Origin: Candidatus Bathyarchaeota archaeon
GTDB taxonomy: Archaea; Thermoproteota; Bathyarchaeia; Bathyarchaeales; Bathycorpusculaceae
Reading direction: 5' to 3'
Length of the DNA stretch: 64,000 nucleotides
Assembly: GCA_963827165.1 (NCBI GenBank)
Contig: CAWGZR010000005.1
Coordinates: forward strand, 672,001 to 736,000
The position numbers and the translations under genes are program-made. Positions 37,253-47,490 of this stretch are shown here, piece by piece. Numbering within the stretch: position 1 is the stretch's first letter; the number at the start of each line of letters is the position of its first letter. The notes under the pieces are model-generated. The model ran no database searches. It saw only the letters and a program-made list of their open reading frames with translations, and had not been told where the DNA came from.

Positions 37253-38653
37253 TTATTTTTTGCTCATGGTTCGCATGATGATGTAATTTGCGGCGGTTCG
37301 AGCCATAATTTTGCTGTACACGCTGCCCCGCAGATACCCTTTTACGGCTTGGCGAAGGAAGTACTTGATTGAGTAGAACTTATTGTAGAAATCCTGCCTT
37401 TCTTTAAGCACTATTTCAGCGGGCAGATTAGGATCTTCAAAGATCGCGTTCATCGTGTTGTAACGGTTCCAGTCATTGGTCATCTTCCACCCATAGCTCT
37501 GAACCAAAGCCCGAAGCTCAGTTCCTGGGTAAGGTGTGGGAATATTTAGCCAAACGCTATCGGGTTCCACTCTTCGGACAAAATCAAGGCTTTCCGTAAG
37601 AGTTTCCCGTGTTTCACCTGGATAGCCCAGAATTATAGAGACGGTGGTAAATATTCCCGCTTCTTTAGACCATTTGATGGCGTTTTCGCACTGTTCAGTG
37701 GTGACTTTCTTCTTCAGGGAGTCGCGGATTCTTTGGCATCCTGATTCTACGCCGAAGCAGATTTCGTCGCAGCCGGCCTTATGCATCTTAGCGAGCAGCT
37801 CTTTTGTCGTTACGTCTGCCCGGGTTCCACAGCCCCATTTCAAATTTACCTTGCGCTCAATCATTCCATCGCAGATATCGATCGCTCTTTTCTTATCGAA
37901 GGAAAAAGTGTCATCTTGAAACTGAATTCCCTCTGCTCCATACTCGTTTTTGAGCCATCCAATTTCGTCAAGAACGTTGCCAGCGCTTCTTGCACGGAAT
38001 GTTCTGCCAAACATTTCGGACGCAACGCAAAAGCTGCATTGGAAGGGGCATCCCCTGCTTGAGATTATCGGCAATATCCTTTTTCCGTTGATTCGGTATT
38101 TTTCGATTGGAATCTGTTTGTAGTCTGGGCGTGGCAGCGCATCTAGGTTTTGGATGAACGGTCGGGTTGGCGCTTGCACGATTTGTTTGTCTTTTCGGTA
38201 AGTTATGCCTTTGATATTGTCTATGTTTTGTAGCTGGGGTTGCTTTGCGAGTTCCAGAAGGGTTTCTTCTCCTTCGCCTCTTACGATGACGTCAACTACG
38301 CTTTCTTGAGTAAGGATTTCTTTGTCTTGGAAGGTCGCGTGTGGTCCACCCATAACGATTTTAGCGTCAGGACAGGCTTCCTTTGCGGCGTAAGCGGTTT
38401 TGAGAGCTGACTCAAAAGTCTGCGTCATCGCGCCGACCCCGACTATGGTGGGTTGGTAAACGCTTAGTTCCTTTTTGAGGTTCTCATGGTCTATGCCGTA
38501 TATGGGGCAATCAAAGACTTTTACATCAAAATTGTTCTGCTCCAGCACAGCCGCCATATATGCCAAGCCAAGCGGTGCGAAAAGCGGGTGATCGCCTGCT
38601 CCTTCGAGGAGCGGTGTATTAACGAGCGCTATCTTGGGCTTGTTTGTTGTCAT
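37253..38653 (-). CDS. Cobalamin-binding radical SAM enzyme #2
   Basis: PLGLAY, GGPHAT, GEGE, SSRGCPFQCSFC, GVESG, PYPGT. Confidence 0.92.
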   Translation of the reverse strand: MTTNKPKIALVNTPLLEGAGDHPLFAPLGLAYMAAVLEQNNFDVKVFDCPIYGIDHENLKKELSVYQPTIVGVGAMTQTFESALKTAYAAKEACPDAKIVMGGPHATFQDKEILTQESVVDVIVRGEGEETLLELAKQPQLQNIDNIKGITYRKDKQIVQAPTRPFIQNLDALPRPDYKQIPIEKYRINGKRILPIISSRGCPFQCSFCVASEMFGRTFRARSAGNVLDEIGWLKNEYGAEGIQFQDDTFSFDKKRAIDICDGMIERKVNLKWGCGTRADVTTKELLAKMHKAGCDEICFGVESGCQRIRDSLKKKVTTEQCENAIKWSKEAGIFTTVSIILGYPGETRETLTESLDFVRRVEPDSVWLNIPTPYPGTELRALVQSYGWKMTNDWNRYNTMNAIFEDPNLPAEIVLKERQDFYNKFYSIKYFLRQAVKGYLRGSVYSKIMARTAANYIIMRTMSKK

Positions 38654-38844
38654 TATTATACACGTTTAGCAAGGGGTTATTTTAATGACTAATCATTGTC
38701 GCTTGGATATAGGTCTTAAGCATATAATTTTAAGATTTTAACCTTTTGCTAAAGTTGCGCCCAACCGCTAAACCTGGCAGTGAGCATATTTTTCACCGTT
38801 ACATTTTTATAATGTGAGGTTGACGCTTCTTTCGAGGACCCTTT

Positions 38845-39588
38845 TTGCGAGTTGCTTCAATGTGGACTGGCGGCAAAGATAGCTACTTAGCTTGCTCAGG
38901 CGCCGTCTCCGAAGGAAACAACGTTACCACACTCATAAACTTCGTATTCAAAGAACCTCCACATCCTAAACCCAATAGAATCAAAAGTTTGGCGGGTTCG
39001 GTTTTGATGAAGCTGTCTGGGATGAAGCCCTACAAGGATGTTCCGCATGAAGTTAACCCCGAAATCATCGCGTTGCAGGCGAAGGCGTTGGGTTTGCCGA
39101 TTGTGCAGCCAGAAGTTTCGATGATGGAGTTCGTTGACAAATTTAAGGCAACGATCAGTAGCCTGAAGCCGACTGTTGAGGGAATCGCTTGGGGTGCCGA
39201 GGAGGATCAAGCCGCCGTTCACATGTCGATGCTTACCCCTATCTGCGAAGAGCTAAAGGTAAAAATGATTTTTCCGCTCAAAGGCATCGGCGAAGACGCA
39301 AACATTGAGACTTTCACTCGGAAAGGTTATGAAGCAACCGTAATCGTTGTTGACACTGACTTTTTGAGTGAAGATTGGCTTGGACACGAAGTCGACGCCA
39401 ACTTCTTGGAGCAGATCCGCAACAAAAGCAAGGAAACAGGCACGGCGGTAAGCAACATCGAGTTCCACACGCTCGTCACCGATGCCCCTCTTTTCAGGAA
39501 ACGCCTCAGAATCGTTGAAAGCCGTAAGATCAAACGGAAAGGGTTCGCGGTGCTCGACATAACCAAAGCTGAACTTATCGAAAAATAA
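38845..39588 (+). CDS. DUF71/diphthine-ammonia-ligase-like ATPase, paralog A
   Basis: WTGGKDS, LQAKALGLP, WLG, EFHTLVTDAPLF. Confidence 0.85.
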   Translation: MRVASMWTGGKDSYLACSGAVSEGNNVTTLINFVFKEPPHPKPNRIKSLAGSVLMKLSGMKPYKDVPHEVNPEIIALQAKALGLPIVQPEVSMMEFVDKFKATISSLKPTVEGIAWGAEEDQAAVHMSMLTPICEELKVKMIFPLKGIGEDANIETFTRKGYEATVIVVDTDFLSEDWLGHEVDANFLEQIRNKSKETGTAVSNIEFHTLVTDAPLFRKRLRIVESRKIKRKGFAVLDITKAELIEK

Positions 39589-39638
39589 GTCACTTCAGAA
39601 TAAGATTGCCCGAAAACCTGAGCGGGTTTTGGAGCGGC

Positions 39639-41885
39639 TCATCTAATTTTTCTTTTGAGTCGTCTTGCCGTCAAAAATACAACCAAAGCAGCGATTACCG
39701 CCAAAACCAAAAAAACAGCGATTTCGGAGACCGGTTCTGCCGTTGCGGGTTTTGCTGTTGATGCAGGTCCAAAAGCGTAGAGCATATTGTTGTATGAGCC
39801 CACGTATACGGCACTGTCGGCTGCGGCTGGTGAGGAGACAACCATTTCGCCTGTGGCGTAGCTCCAGATTTCTTTGCCGTTTTGTGCGTTGAGGGCATAG
39901 ACGTCGCCGTCGTAGGAGCCAACGTAAACAGCACCGCCTGAGACTGCAGGCGACGACGCTACTTGCCCGCCGGTCAGGAAGCTCCACGCGAGTTTGCCAT
40001 CCGACGCCTGCAAAGCGTAAACTTTCCCGTCTCCTGACCCCACATAAATCAGGCCGGCCGCCACGGCAGGGGACGAAGCAACCCCCGCATCCGTGGCGAA
40101 TTCCCAGACGAGTTTGCCGTCGGAGGCTCGCAGGGCATAGACGTTGTGGTCGTAAGAGCCAATGTACACGACGCCGTCTGCTACTGCGGGCGACGAAACC
40201 ACGTAGCCCCCTGTTGCGTAGTTCCAGATGATGGAACCGTCGGAGGCATTGAGGCAGTAGACGTTATTATCGTTTGAGCCGACATAGACTCTGCCGTCGT
40301 TGACTGCGGGTGAGGAAACCGTGATTTGACCGTTTGTAGTATAGTGCCATATGAGTGTGCCGTCCGATGCGTTTAAGGCGTATATGCTGCCGTCTTCTGA
40401 ACCCACATACATGACGCCACCCTGTACGGTGGGAGAAGAAACCACTGGGCCGCCTGTTTTGAAGCTCCAAACCTTGATGCCTGTGGCAGCATCGAGTGCG
40501 TAAACATTGCCGTCGTAAGAGCCCACATACACGATGCCATCCGCAACCGCAGGAGATGAAAACATCACCATGTCGCCCGTAGCGTAGCTCCACACCACGT
40601 TGTTATGCATTTCCACGTTGAATCCAACCATACCGGTCGAAGCGTTCAAAGCGTATACGACGCCATCATGCGAACCCACATAAACCAGCCCGTCTGCTAC
40701 TGTTGGAGAAGAGTCTATTTCACCCCCTGTTGCGTAGCTCCAAACGTAGCCGCCCGTCGTAGCATTCAATGTATATAGTTTCCCGTCCCAGCAGCCAACG
40801 TAAACCCTGCCGTCGGCCACTTCGGGACGCGAAATAACCATGTCACCCGTCACGTAGGTCCACAGCAAACTGCCGCCGGAGGCATCAAGCGCATATACTC
40901 TGCTGTTCTCCGATCCCACATAAACTGTGTCGCCCGCCACCGAAGGGGAAGAAGCTACAGCTGCACTTGTTGAGAAACTCCAAATTTTGGCGCCGGTTTC
41001 TGCGTTTAGGGCGTAGACCTTGTCGTCGGTTGACCCAATGTAGACAGTGCCTCCGCTGATACAGGGCGAAGAATAGATTGCTCCGCCCGTCGTGAAGTTC
41101 CAAATCTGTTTGCCAGAGGAGGCTTCCAAAGCGTAGATTTTTCCGTCGTCGGAACCAGCGTAGACCACGCCTGACTGTACCGCGGGTGAAGAAACCACTT
41201 GGCTGCCCGTTGAGTAGGTCCAGATGAGGGCTCCGTTAACGGCGTTGAGAGCGTAGATTTTGCCGTCTTCCGACCCGATGTACAAGGTTCCGTTGCTGAC
41301 CGCAGGCGACGACAACATGATTTTGTAGCCCGTGCTGAAGTTCCACGCCAACCTGCCTGTTTGGGCGTTTAGGGCGTAAACATTGTGGTCTTCCGAGCCG
41401 AAGTACACGTTTCCGTAGGCGACGGCTGGGTCACAGTCAACGTAGTTTCCTGTCGCGAAGTTCCAAAGTTTTGCGCCGTTGGTTGCGTTGAGTGCATAGA
41501 GGTTGTGGTCTTCGCTGCCAACATACACCCTGCCTTCTGAGACTGCGGGTTGGGAAATCACGATGCCGCCCGTCGTAGACGCCCAGATGACAGCGCCGCT
41601 TAGGGCATCGAATGCGTAGATGTTATGGTCAAAAGAACCTACGTACACGACGCCGCCGACTACAGTGGGTGAATCCATTTGGCCGCCCGTGTTGAACTTC
41701 CAAAGTGTCTGATTCGTCGCAGGCGCCGAAGAATCTCCACTGCCTGTGTGAGCGGGATTACCGTGAAACATGGGCCACCCAGCTGCACTGACTTGGCTCT
41801 GGGCTGCTCCCAAAATGGCTGCGGCTAAAAACAGCGTAGACAGAACAAAAACAAACGTGGCGGCTGCTTTCATTTCTGTTTCCAT
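39639..41885 (-). CDS. Surface protein with 16 PQQ-like repeats (probably two 8-bladed beta-propellers), signal peptide and C-terminal TM anchor
   Basis: WPMFHGNPAHTG then 16 SSP.V....VYVGS.D..VYALNA..G...W repeats; hydrophobic C-terminus with basic tail. Confidence 0.92.
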   Translation of the reverse strand: METEMKAAATFVFVLSTLFLAAAILGAAQSQVSAAGWPMFHGNPAHTGSGDSSAPATNQTLWKFNTGGQMDSPTVVGGVVYVGSFDHNIYAFDALSGAVIWASTTGGIVISQPAVSEGRVYVGSEDHNLYALNATNGAKLWNFATGNYVDCDPAVAYGNVYFGSEDHNVYALNAQTGRLAWNFSTGYKIMLSSPAVSNGTLYIGSEDGKIYALNAVNGALIWTYSTGSQVVSSPAVQSGVVYAGSDDGKIYALEASSGKQIWNFTTGGAIYSSPCISGGTVYIGSTDDKVYALNAETGAKIWSFSTSAAVASSPSVAGDTVYVGSENSRVYALDASGGSLLWTYVTGDMVISRPEVADGRVYVGCWDGKLYTLNATTGGYVWSYATGGEIDSSPTVADGLVYVGSHDGVVYALNASTGMVGFNVEMHNNVVWSYATGDMVMFSSPAVADGIVYVGSYDGNVYALDAATGIKVWSFKTGGPVVSSPTVQGGVMYVGSEDGSIYALNASDGTLIWHYTTNGQITVSSPAVNDGRVYVGSNDNNVYCLNASDGSIIWNYATGGYVVSSPAVADGVVYIGSYDHNVYALRASDGKLVWEFATDAGVASSPAVAAGLIYVGSGDGKVYALQASDGKLAWSFLTGGQVASSPAVSGGAVYVGSYDGDVYALNAQNGKEIWSYATGEMVVSSPAAADSAVYVGSYNNMLYAFGPASTAKPATAEPVSEIAVFLVLAVIAALVVFLTARRLKRKIR

Positions 41886-41942
41886 CTCACTCAGGTATTA
41901 AGGAATAAAGAGGTTTTCTCTTAAAACAGGGAAAAGGCAGGG

Positions 41943-43040
41943 CTACTTTTTGCGAAGGCTTTCAGGAATGTAAACACAAGCGGGGTCCTCAGCATACATG
42001 TCGCCTGTGTAAGCGTACGCGCGGTTTCTGCATCCCCCGCAGAGCTCACGGTATTCGCAGACTCCGCATTTGCCCTTGAGTAGGTTGCGGTCTTGGAAGC
42101 TGCTGTAGAACGGTGAGGACTTAACATCTTTCCAAGCGTCCTGCAGCGATTTGTTTCGAATGTTGCCCAGCCTCTGGTGTTCGGTGGGTGTGAGGTCGGT
42201 GTAGAAGCATGGGATAAGGTCGCCATTCTCCGTGACTGAAACGTAGCCGCCGAAAGCGAAGTAGGTGCATTTGCCGTGGAATTTGTGCTCGTACCATTTA
42301 TCGAAGTTTGGGATGCCGCGCATTTTGACGACGCGGGCGAAGTGGGGGCAATGGACATGGATTTCGAATTTGCCCTCATATTTTTCGGTGAGGTCCCAAA
42401 TGTGGTTGAGCACCCACTCATACTGTTCGGCCGAAGGGGTGAGGTCAGCCATTTCCTTGGCTCTTCCACTGGGAACAAGATGGTTAAACCAGACGAAGTT
42501 CGCGTGATACTTCTCCGCCAACTCGCAAACATGGTCGAGATGCTGATAATTTATGGTAGTTATGGCGCAGGCTAACCCGTTGAGGATTTTGCCCTTGCTG
42601 AGTTTGTCAATGGCGGCCAAGGCCTTGCGGTAGCTGCCTTTGCCCCGAAGTTGGTCATTGATTTCTTCGGGTCCGTCGATACTAACGCTGGTCCAGATTT
42701 GGTCCCTCACCAGGTTGTCATAGATTGAACCATCGACAAAAGTGCCGTTAGTAAGAAGGCAGACGTTGAGACCTTTGCTCTTGGCATATTTGGTGATTTC
42801 AAAGATGTCTGGGCGCGTAAGCGGTTCTCCCCCTTTTATGCCGAACCAGCGGACGCCGAATTCTGACACTTCATCCACAAGGTGGAATGCTTCTTGAGTT
42901 GTGAGTTCCCTGGGGGCTTTGGCGCCTGTGGCGTCAACGTTGCAGTATTTGCAACGGGCATTACATGCACCTGTTGCCCTCCAAGAAGTCATAAGCAAAG
43001 GACCCTTACTCGTCAAACAAAAACCCTCTCTTTCTCGCAA
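41943..43040 (-). CDS. Radical SAM/SPASM enzyme B
   Basis: CNARCKYC, GGEPL, VPSGRA, CGVCEYRELCGGCR...DPAC; paralog of 30924..32021. Confidence 0.9.
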   Translation of the reverse strand: MREREGFCLTSKGPLLMTSWRATGACNARCKYCNVDATGAKAPRELTTQEAFHLVDEVSEFGVRWFGIKGGEPLTRPDIFEITKYAKSKGLNVCLLTNGTFVDGSIYDNLVRDQIWTSVSIDGPEEINDQLRGKGSYRKALAAIDKLSKGKILNGLACAITTINYQHLDHVCELAEKYHANFVWFNHLVPSGRAKEMADLTPSAEQYEWVLNHIWDLTEKYEGKFEIHVHCPHFARVVKMRGIPNFDKWYEHKFHGKCTYFAFGGYVSVTENGDLIPCFYTDLTPTEHQRLGNIRNKSLQDAWKDVKSSPFYSSFQDRNLLKGKCGVCEYRELCGGCRNRAYAYTGDMYAEDPACVYIPESLRKK

Positions 43041-43270
43041 TCATTATTTATCTAAACGTTTCTTTCAACCTAAAAAAGATTATGCGGTGCCTTCTTCTTG
43101 CTGTCTTTTCGTTCAAGCAGCATTTTCCTGCTTTTCTTAGGGGGCAGATCCACGTTGGGATGTTTCCGTAAGGTTTATAGTGAAATCAAATATCATAAAG
43201 TGACTTGGTGGCATATCGCTTACCTCTTAATTAGAGATAAGCGAATGGTTAGAATAAGGGGGTACTATCT

Positions 43271-45889
43271 ATTCACAAAAAAGTCTTAGTTCTTGCTATT
43301 TTATTTGTGCTTCTTACTTCATCAGTTTCCGCCTCAATTTCCGCCCTTCAAATGAACGCAAAGGCACAGGCGACAGGCACAACTTCTAACTTGAACCAGT
43401 ACGAATGGCCCCAATTTCAAGGAGACGAATCGTTCACCCGTTTCTCAGCAGGACCCGCCCCAAGCACATCTAACGTGCTTTGGAAAGCCACTATACCTGG
43501 TATACAACCGGACCTTACAGCCTTCGACGGCTTAATCTTCGTAGGCACAAACACATCCCTCGTAGCAGTAAACCAAGCCGGTCAAATAGCTTGGAGCACC
43601 CCTATTCCCTTGAATAAAACCTGGCCCATAGCCTACGAAATTGATTCTTCACATTTGGTTGCGGAGGGTAGCTGCCTTGATCCCTCCACTGGCAAAATCC
43701 TGTGGACAAGCACTTCGTTTTGCGCGGACACAGGAATCTTCACGTCCAACGTTTACAGCCCCGAAACAAAAATGTTTTATGTAAAAGATAATTCCTACAT
43801 TGTCGCATGGAACTTCGCCGACCCCTCAAAGCCGCCGACCGTTGCGTGGACAACTTACATTCCAGGCGGAGGCCAAGCAGGCATCGGAACAACCTATGGA
43901 GCCGGCATAGTCTTCGCAGGCTCCTTTGAAAACCAACAGCTGGCGCTTAACGCAACAACTGGCAAAATAATATGGGATACCCAAACGAAGGGACCCATGA
44001 TTTTTGACGGCGCCTACGCGGATGGCTTCTTCTTCAGAGGCGGAACAGACGACAACACAATGTATTGCTTTAACGCAGCCGACGGACAAATCGTGTGGAC
44101 CTACACTCCACCTTCTGACCCAAATGGGTACTTCACAACTGGACCCGCCATCGCTTACGGAACCGTTTATGAAATGAACAAAGACGGGTACCTCTACGCC
44201 CTGAACGAAAAGACTGGCGCTCTGCTTTGGAAATACAAGAGTCCGGACACCGATTTCATGTGGCCAGGAATGCCCACAGTGGCGGACGGCAAAATCTACC
44301 TCACTACCGGCCAACACGCAGCTTACAATGGTCCAGCACAGGTCTCCCAATTCGCGTGCTTGAACGCATACAACGGGCAAACCATCTGGACCCTTCCCAT
44401 TGAAGCGTTGGCTCCCAGGGAGTCGGCCATCGTTGCGTATGGAAACTTGTACATCATCCCCGGTGAAGTAACATCCGCCGTTGACACAACATCAGGAACA
44501 GAATACTCAACAAATAACGCGCTTTGGGCGATAGGCGGCGGAAGCTCAACTCCAGCGCCGACCCCGTCTGGCACCCAGGGATCTGCCCCAACACCCACGC
44601 CGGCGCCTTCGCTGACACCGATTTTGTCTTCGAGCCTCAGCAATTGGACTATGTTTCGCGCTGATCCAGCTCACTCATCAACAGCCGAAGTCGGCCCATC
44701 AAACCTTACTGAAGCTTGGAAATTCGCAACTGAGGGCTCAGTTGTCTCCTCGCCAACGGTCGTTGGCGGAGTGGTTTATGCCGGTTCACAGGACAAAAAC
44801 GTTTACGCAGTTGATGCATTGAGCGGCAAGCTTGTCTGGAAGTTTGCTACTAGCGGCTCGATTGAAGATTCGCCTGCCGTGGCAGCTGGATTACTATATA
44901 TTGAGAGCGACGACGGCTACGTTTACTGCCTTAACGCACAGAGCGGGGCACTCAATTGGCAGACCCCCGTTGGGAGCAATCTGCACTACACGTATGCGAA
45001 CCTGATGCTAACCTCTTCACCCGTTGTATCAGATGGCATGGTTTACATCGGCTCCTTAGACGGCAACCTATACGCCCTCAACGCGGAATCGGGCGCGATT
45101 GTTTGGAAAACTCCATCGGGCGGACCAATCGAGTGTTCACCAGCCTACTCTGACGGCGCCGTCTTCTTCACTTCCCAGCAGCCATCGACTGGCATGCTCT
45201 TCAAGCTTAACGCGGATACTGGACAGGTAATGTGGAACTTCACGATTCCTTATAATCACTCGTTTTTAGGCGGGACAGAGCTTCTTGGTTCCCCTTCCGT
45301 TGCAGCAGGGATGGTTTTTGCATCCTCAGACTGGGGAGCTTACTACGCAGTAAACGTTGAATCAGGCCAGATGGTGTGGGATTTCGTTAACCCCGCGGCT
45401 ACGGAATTCATTGTTTCCTCACCCATCTACGTTAATGGTGACCTCTACATCATCAACATATTCAATATTATGTGCCTCAACGCAGCGAATGGACAAATGG
45501 TCTGGACCGCCTACACAGGAGACGAACTCTACGTTTCGCCTTCCTATGCTGATGGCAAAATCTACGTTGCAACTAGCGAACGGCATATATTTGTTCTCGA
45601 CACCACGCAAGGCGGTAAGAAAATTGCGACTGGTACCACACCCTCCAGTAGCTGGTCTTCGCCAACGATAGCGGACGGCATGCTATACATCGGATGTAAC
45701 GACTGGAATATCTATTGTTTTTCAGAAGGCATCAGCACCCAAGGGTCAACCCCTGCCACAACAGACAACGTCGCGATGGGACACGACATAGTCATTGTAG
45801 TATTCGTAATCGCTGCCCTTGCAATTGCAGCAGCCTTCACAGTGAGCTATGTTAACAGAAAGAAAGTCAAAACGCCGTCGACAGCTTAG
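43271..45889 (+). CDS. Double PQQ-repeat beta-propeller surface protein with Pro/Thr linker and C-terminal TM anchor
   Basis: WPQFQGD and WTMFRAD start the two propellers; STPAPTPS linker; start probably ATT at 43271 (ORF track uses GTG at 43307). Confidence 0.88.
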   Translation: MHKKVLVLAILFVLLTSSVSASISALQMNAKAQATGTTSNLNQYEWPQFQGDESFTRFSAGPAPSTSNVLWKATIPGIQPDLTAFDGLIFVGTNTSLVAVNQAGQIAWSTPIPLNKTWPIAYEIDSSHLVAEGSCLDPSTGKILWTSTSFCADTGIFTSNVYSPETKMFYVKDNSYIVAWNFADPSKPPTVAWTTYIPGGGQAGIGTTYGAGIVFAGSFENQQLALNATTGKIIWDTQTKGPMIFDGAYADGFFFRGGTDDNTMYCFNAADGQIVWTYTPPSDPNGYFTTGPAIAYGTVYEMNKDGYLYALNEKTGALLWKYKSPDTDFMWPGMPTVADGKIYLTTGQHAAYNGPAQVSQFACLNAYNGQTIWTLPIEALAPRESAIVAYGNLYIIPGEVTSAVDTTSGTEYSTNNALWAIGGGSSTPAPTPSGTQGSAPTPTPAPSLTPILSSSLSNWTMFRADPAHSSTAEVGPSNLTEAWKFATEGSVVSSPTVVGGVVYAGSQDKNVYAVDALSGKLVWKFATSGSIEDSPAVAAGLLYIESDDGYVYCLNAQSGALNWQTPVGSNLHYTYANLMLTSSPVVSDGMVYIGSLDGNLYALNAESGAIVWKTPSGGPIECSPAYSDGAVFFTSQQPSTGMLFKLNADTGQVMWNFTIPYNHSFLGGTELLGSPSVAAGMVFASSDWGAYYAVNVESGQMVWDFVNPAATEFIVSSPIYVNGDLYIINIFNIMCLNAANGQMVWTAYTGDELYVSPSYADGKIYVATSERHIFVLDTTQGGKKIATGTTPSSSWSSPTIADGMLYIGCNDWNIYCFSEGISTQGSTPATTDNVAMGHDIVIVVFVIAALAIAAAFTVSYVNRKKVKTPSTA

Positions 45890-45904
45890 TGGGCGCCTCA
45901 GACT

Positions 45905-47371
45905 TTAGTCTTGGTCTTTGCTTGGTGTGCTGTGTCCGCCTGGGCTTTTCTTTACAGGTCTAACCTTGCCCATCTGTCTAAACGCCCATCTCGATGCGCG
46001 ATACTTCCAGACGAGGTGGTTGAGAGCCATGCGTGCCATGATTTGGCTGTGGAAATCTCCCCGTTGCCTCATCCGTAAGTAATAGGTTGGTGTGAAGATC
46101 CTGTCATAGACTGATTTTTTGGTTTGCTCCAACTTCTCAAGAGGCAAAAGCGCATTTTTGAAAACCTGCATCTGCTCATGATAAAGGTTCCAGTTCTCCG
46201 AAAGCTCCAACCCCAACTCTTTAACCTGATCATAAAGTAGTGTGCCAGGGTAAGGAACCGCCTCACACATGTAAACGTAATCAGGCTTGGTTTTGCGAAT
46301 GAAATCCGCTGTTTGCTTCAGCATCTCCGGTGTTTCGCCTGGGTACCCAATGACGAGCGATATGGCGACGAGGATGTCTGATTCCTTCGCTAACTTGATG
46401 GCATTAGCGTTCTGCTCAACTGTGGTGCCTTTCCGCATGGTGTTTAGCATCTGTTGGCTGCCTGATTCGACGCCGAAATGGATGAGTTGGCAGTTTGTGC
46501 TCCTGAGCTTGTCCAAAAGAGCCTTAGAGACTTTGTCTACCCGCGTTCGGCAGTCCCACGGCATGTCAAATCCCCGTATCTTCATTTCGTCGCAGATGGC
46601 GATTGCCCTTGGTACATCAGAAGTGAACGTGTCGTCGTAAAACGCGAAAGCTCCTGCCCCAAAAGTGTCCCGTAGCCACTCAAGCTCGTCCACCACCTTA
46701 TGTGGGTTGCGTGCCCTAAACCCTTTGCCGCACATCTTGGATGCGAGGCAGAAGGCGCAGTTGAAGGGGCATCCGCGGCTGGTTATGATGGGCATGTAGA
46801 GTTTGCCATTAATACGATAGCGACTAACGTCAAAGTGCTTGTGAGCTGGGTAGGGAAGGGTGTCTATGTCTTCGAGGAAGGGCCGGTCAGCAGTGCGGAT
46901 GACTTGCCCGTCTCGCTTATAGGTGATGCCTAAAACCTTGCCCAGAGCTTTGAGGTTGTCTTCGGACACGAGGCGTGCGAGTTCGAGCATGGTTTGTTCT
47001 CCTTCGCCGCGCACGACGATGTCGACGTCTTGGCTATCCATGAAGGTGCGTTCATCCAAAACGGTGACGTGGGGTCCGCCAATCATGGTTACGCAGTTTG
47101 GCAGGGCTGCTTTGGCTGCTTTTAGTACTTGAAGCGCAGGGAAGTAAGTGACGGTTGCCGCGGTTGCGCCGACGATGTCGGCTTTAAGGCTTCTGAACTT
47201 GTCTTCCAGGTCCTTCTGGCTGAGTTTGGCGATTTGGCAGTCAACCACGTCCACTTGGTACCCATCTCGTTCAAGCACTGCGACAAGGTAGCTGATGCCA
47301 AGAGGTATGAAAACGGCTTGCGGTACATCCTCAGGATAAGGTGGATTAGCAAGTACTACGTGAGCCTTCAC
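45905..47371 (-). CDS. Cobalamin-binding radical SAM enzyme #3
   Basis: PLGISY, GGPHVT, TSRGCPFNCAFC, GVESGS, PYPGT. Confidence 0.92.
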   Translation of the reverse strand: MKAHVVLANPPYPEDVPQAVFIPLGISYLVAVLERDGYQVDVVDCQIAKLSQKDLEDKFRSLKADIVGATAATVTYFPALQVLKAAKAALPNCVTMIGGPHVTVLDERTFMDSQDVDIVVRGEGEQTMLELARLVSEDNLKALGKVLGITYKRDGQVIRTADRPFLEDIDTLPYPAHKHFDVSRYRINGKLYMPIITSRGCPFNCAFCLASKMCGKGFRARNPHKVVDELEWLRDTFGAGAFAFYDDTFTSDVPRAIAICDEMKIRGFDMPWDCRTRVDKVSKALLDKLRSTNCQLIHFGVESGSQQMLNTMRKGTTVEQNANAIKLAKESDILVAISLVIGYPGETPEMLKQTADFIRKTKPDYVYMCEAVPYPGTLLYDQVKELGLELSENWNLYHEQMQVFKNALLPLEKLEQTKKSVYDRIFTPTYYLRMRQRGDFHSQIMARMALNHLVWKYRASRWAFRQMGKVRPVKKSPGGHSTPSKDQD

Positions 47372-47490
47372 GCTATGTCCCCGACTTAGAAACTAAAATC
47401 GTCTACCCAATCTATTATGTGTTATGCAAATAAGCTGAGCTGCCGATTAACGTTACAGGTTGATGTTTTCTTGAGGTTTTCATGGCAGGA

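Noticed and set aside
39639-45889. PQQ-dependent dehydrogenases and PQQ biosynthesis
   Set aside because: Regular BamB-like repeats without recognisable catalytic features; no pqqA-D.
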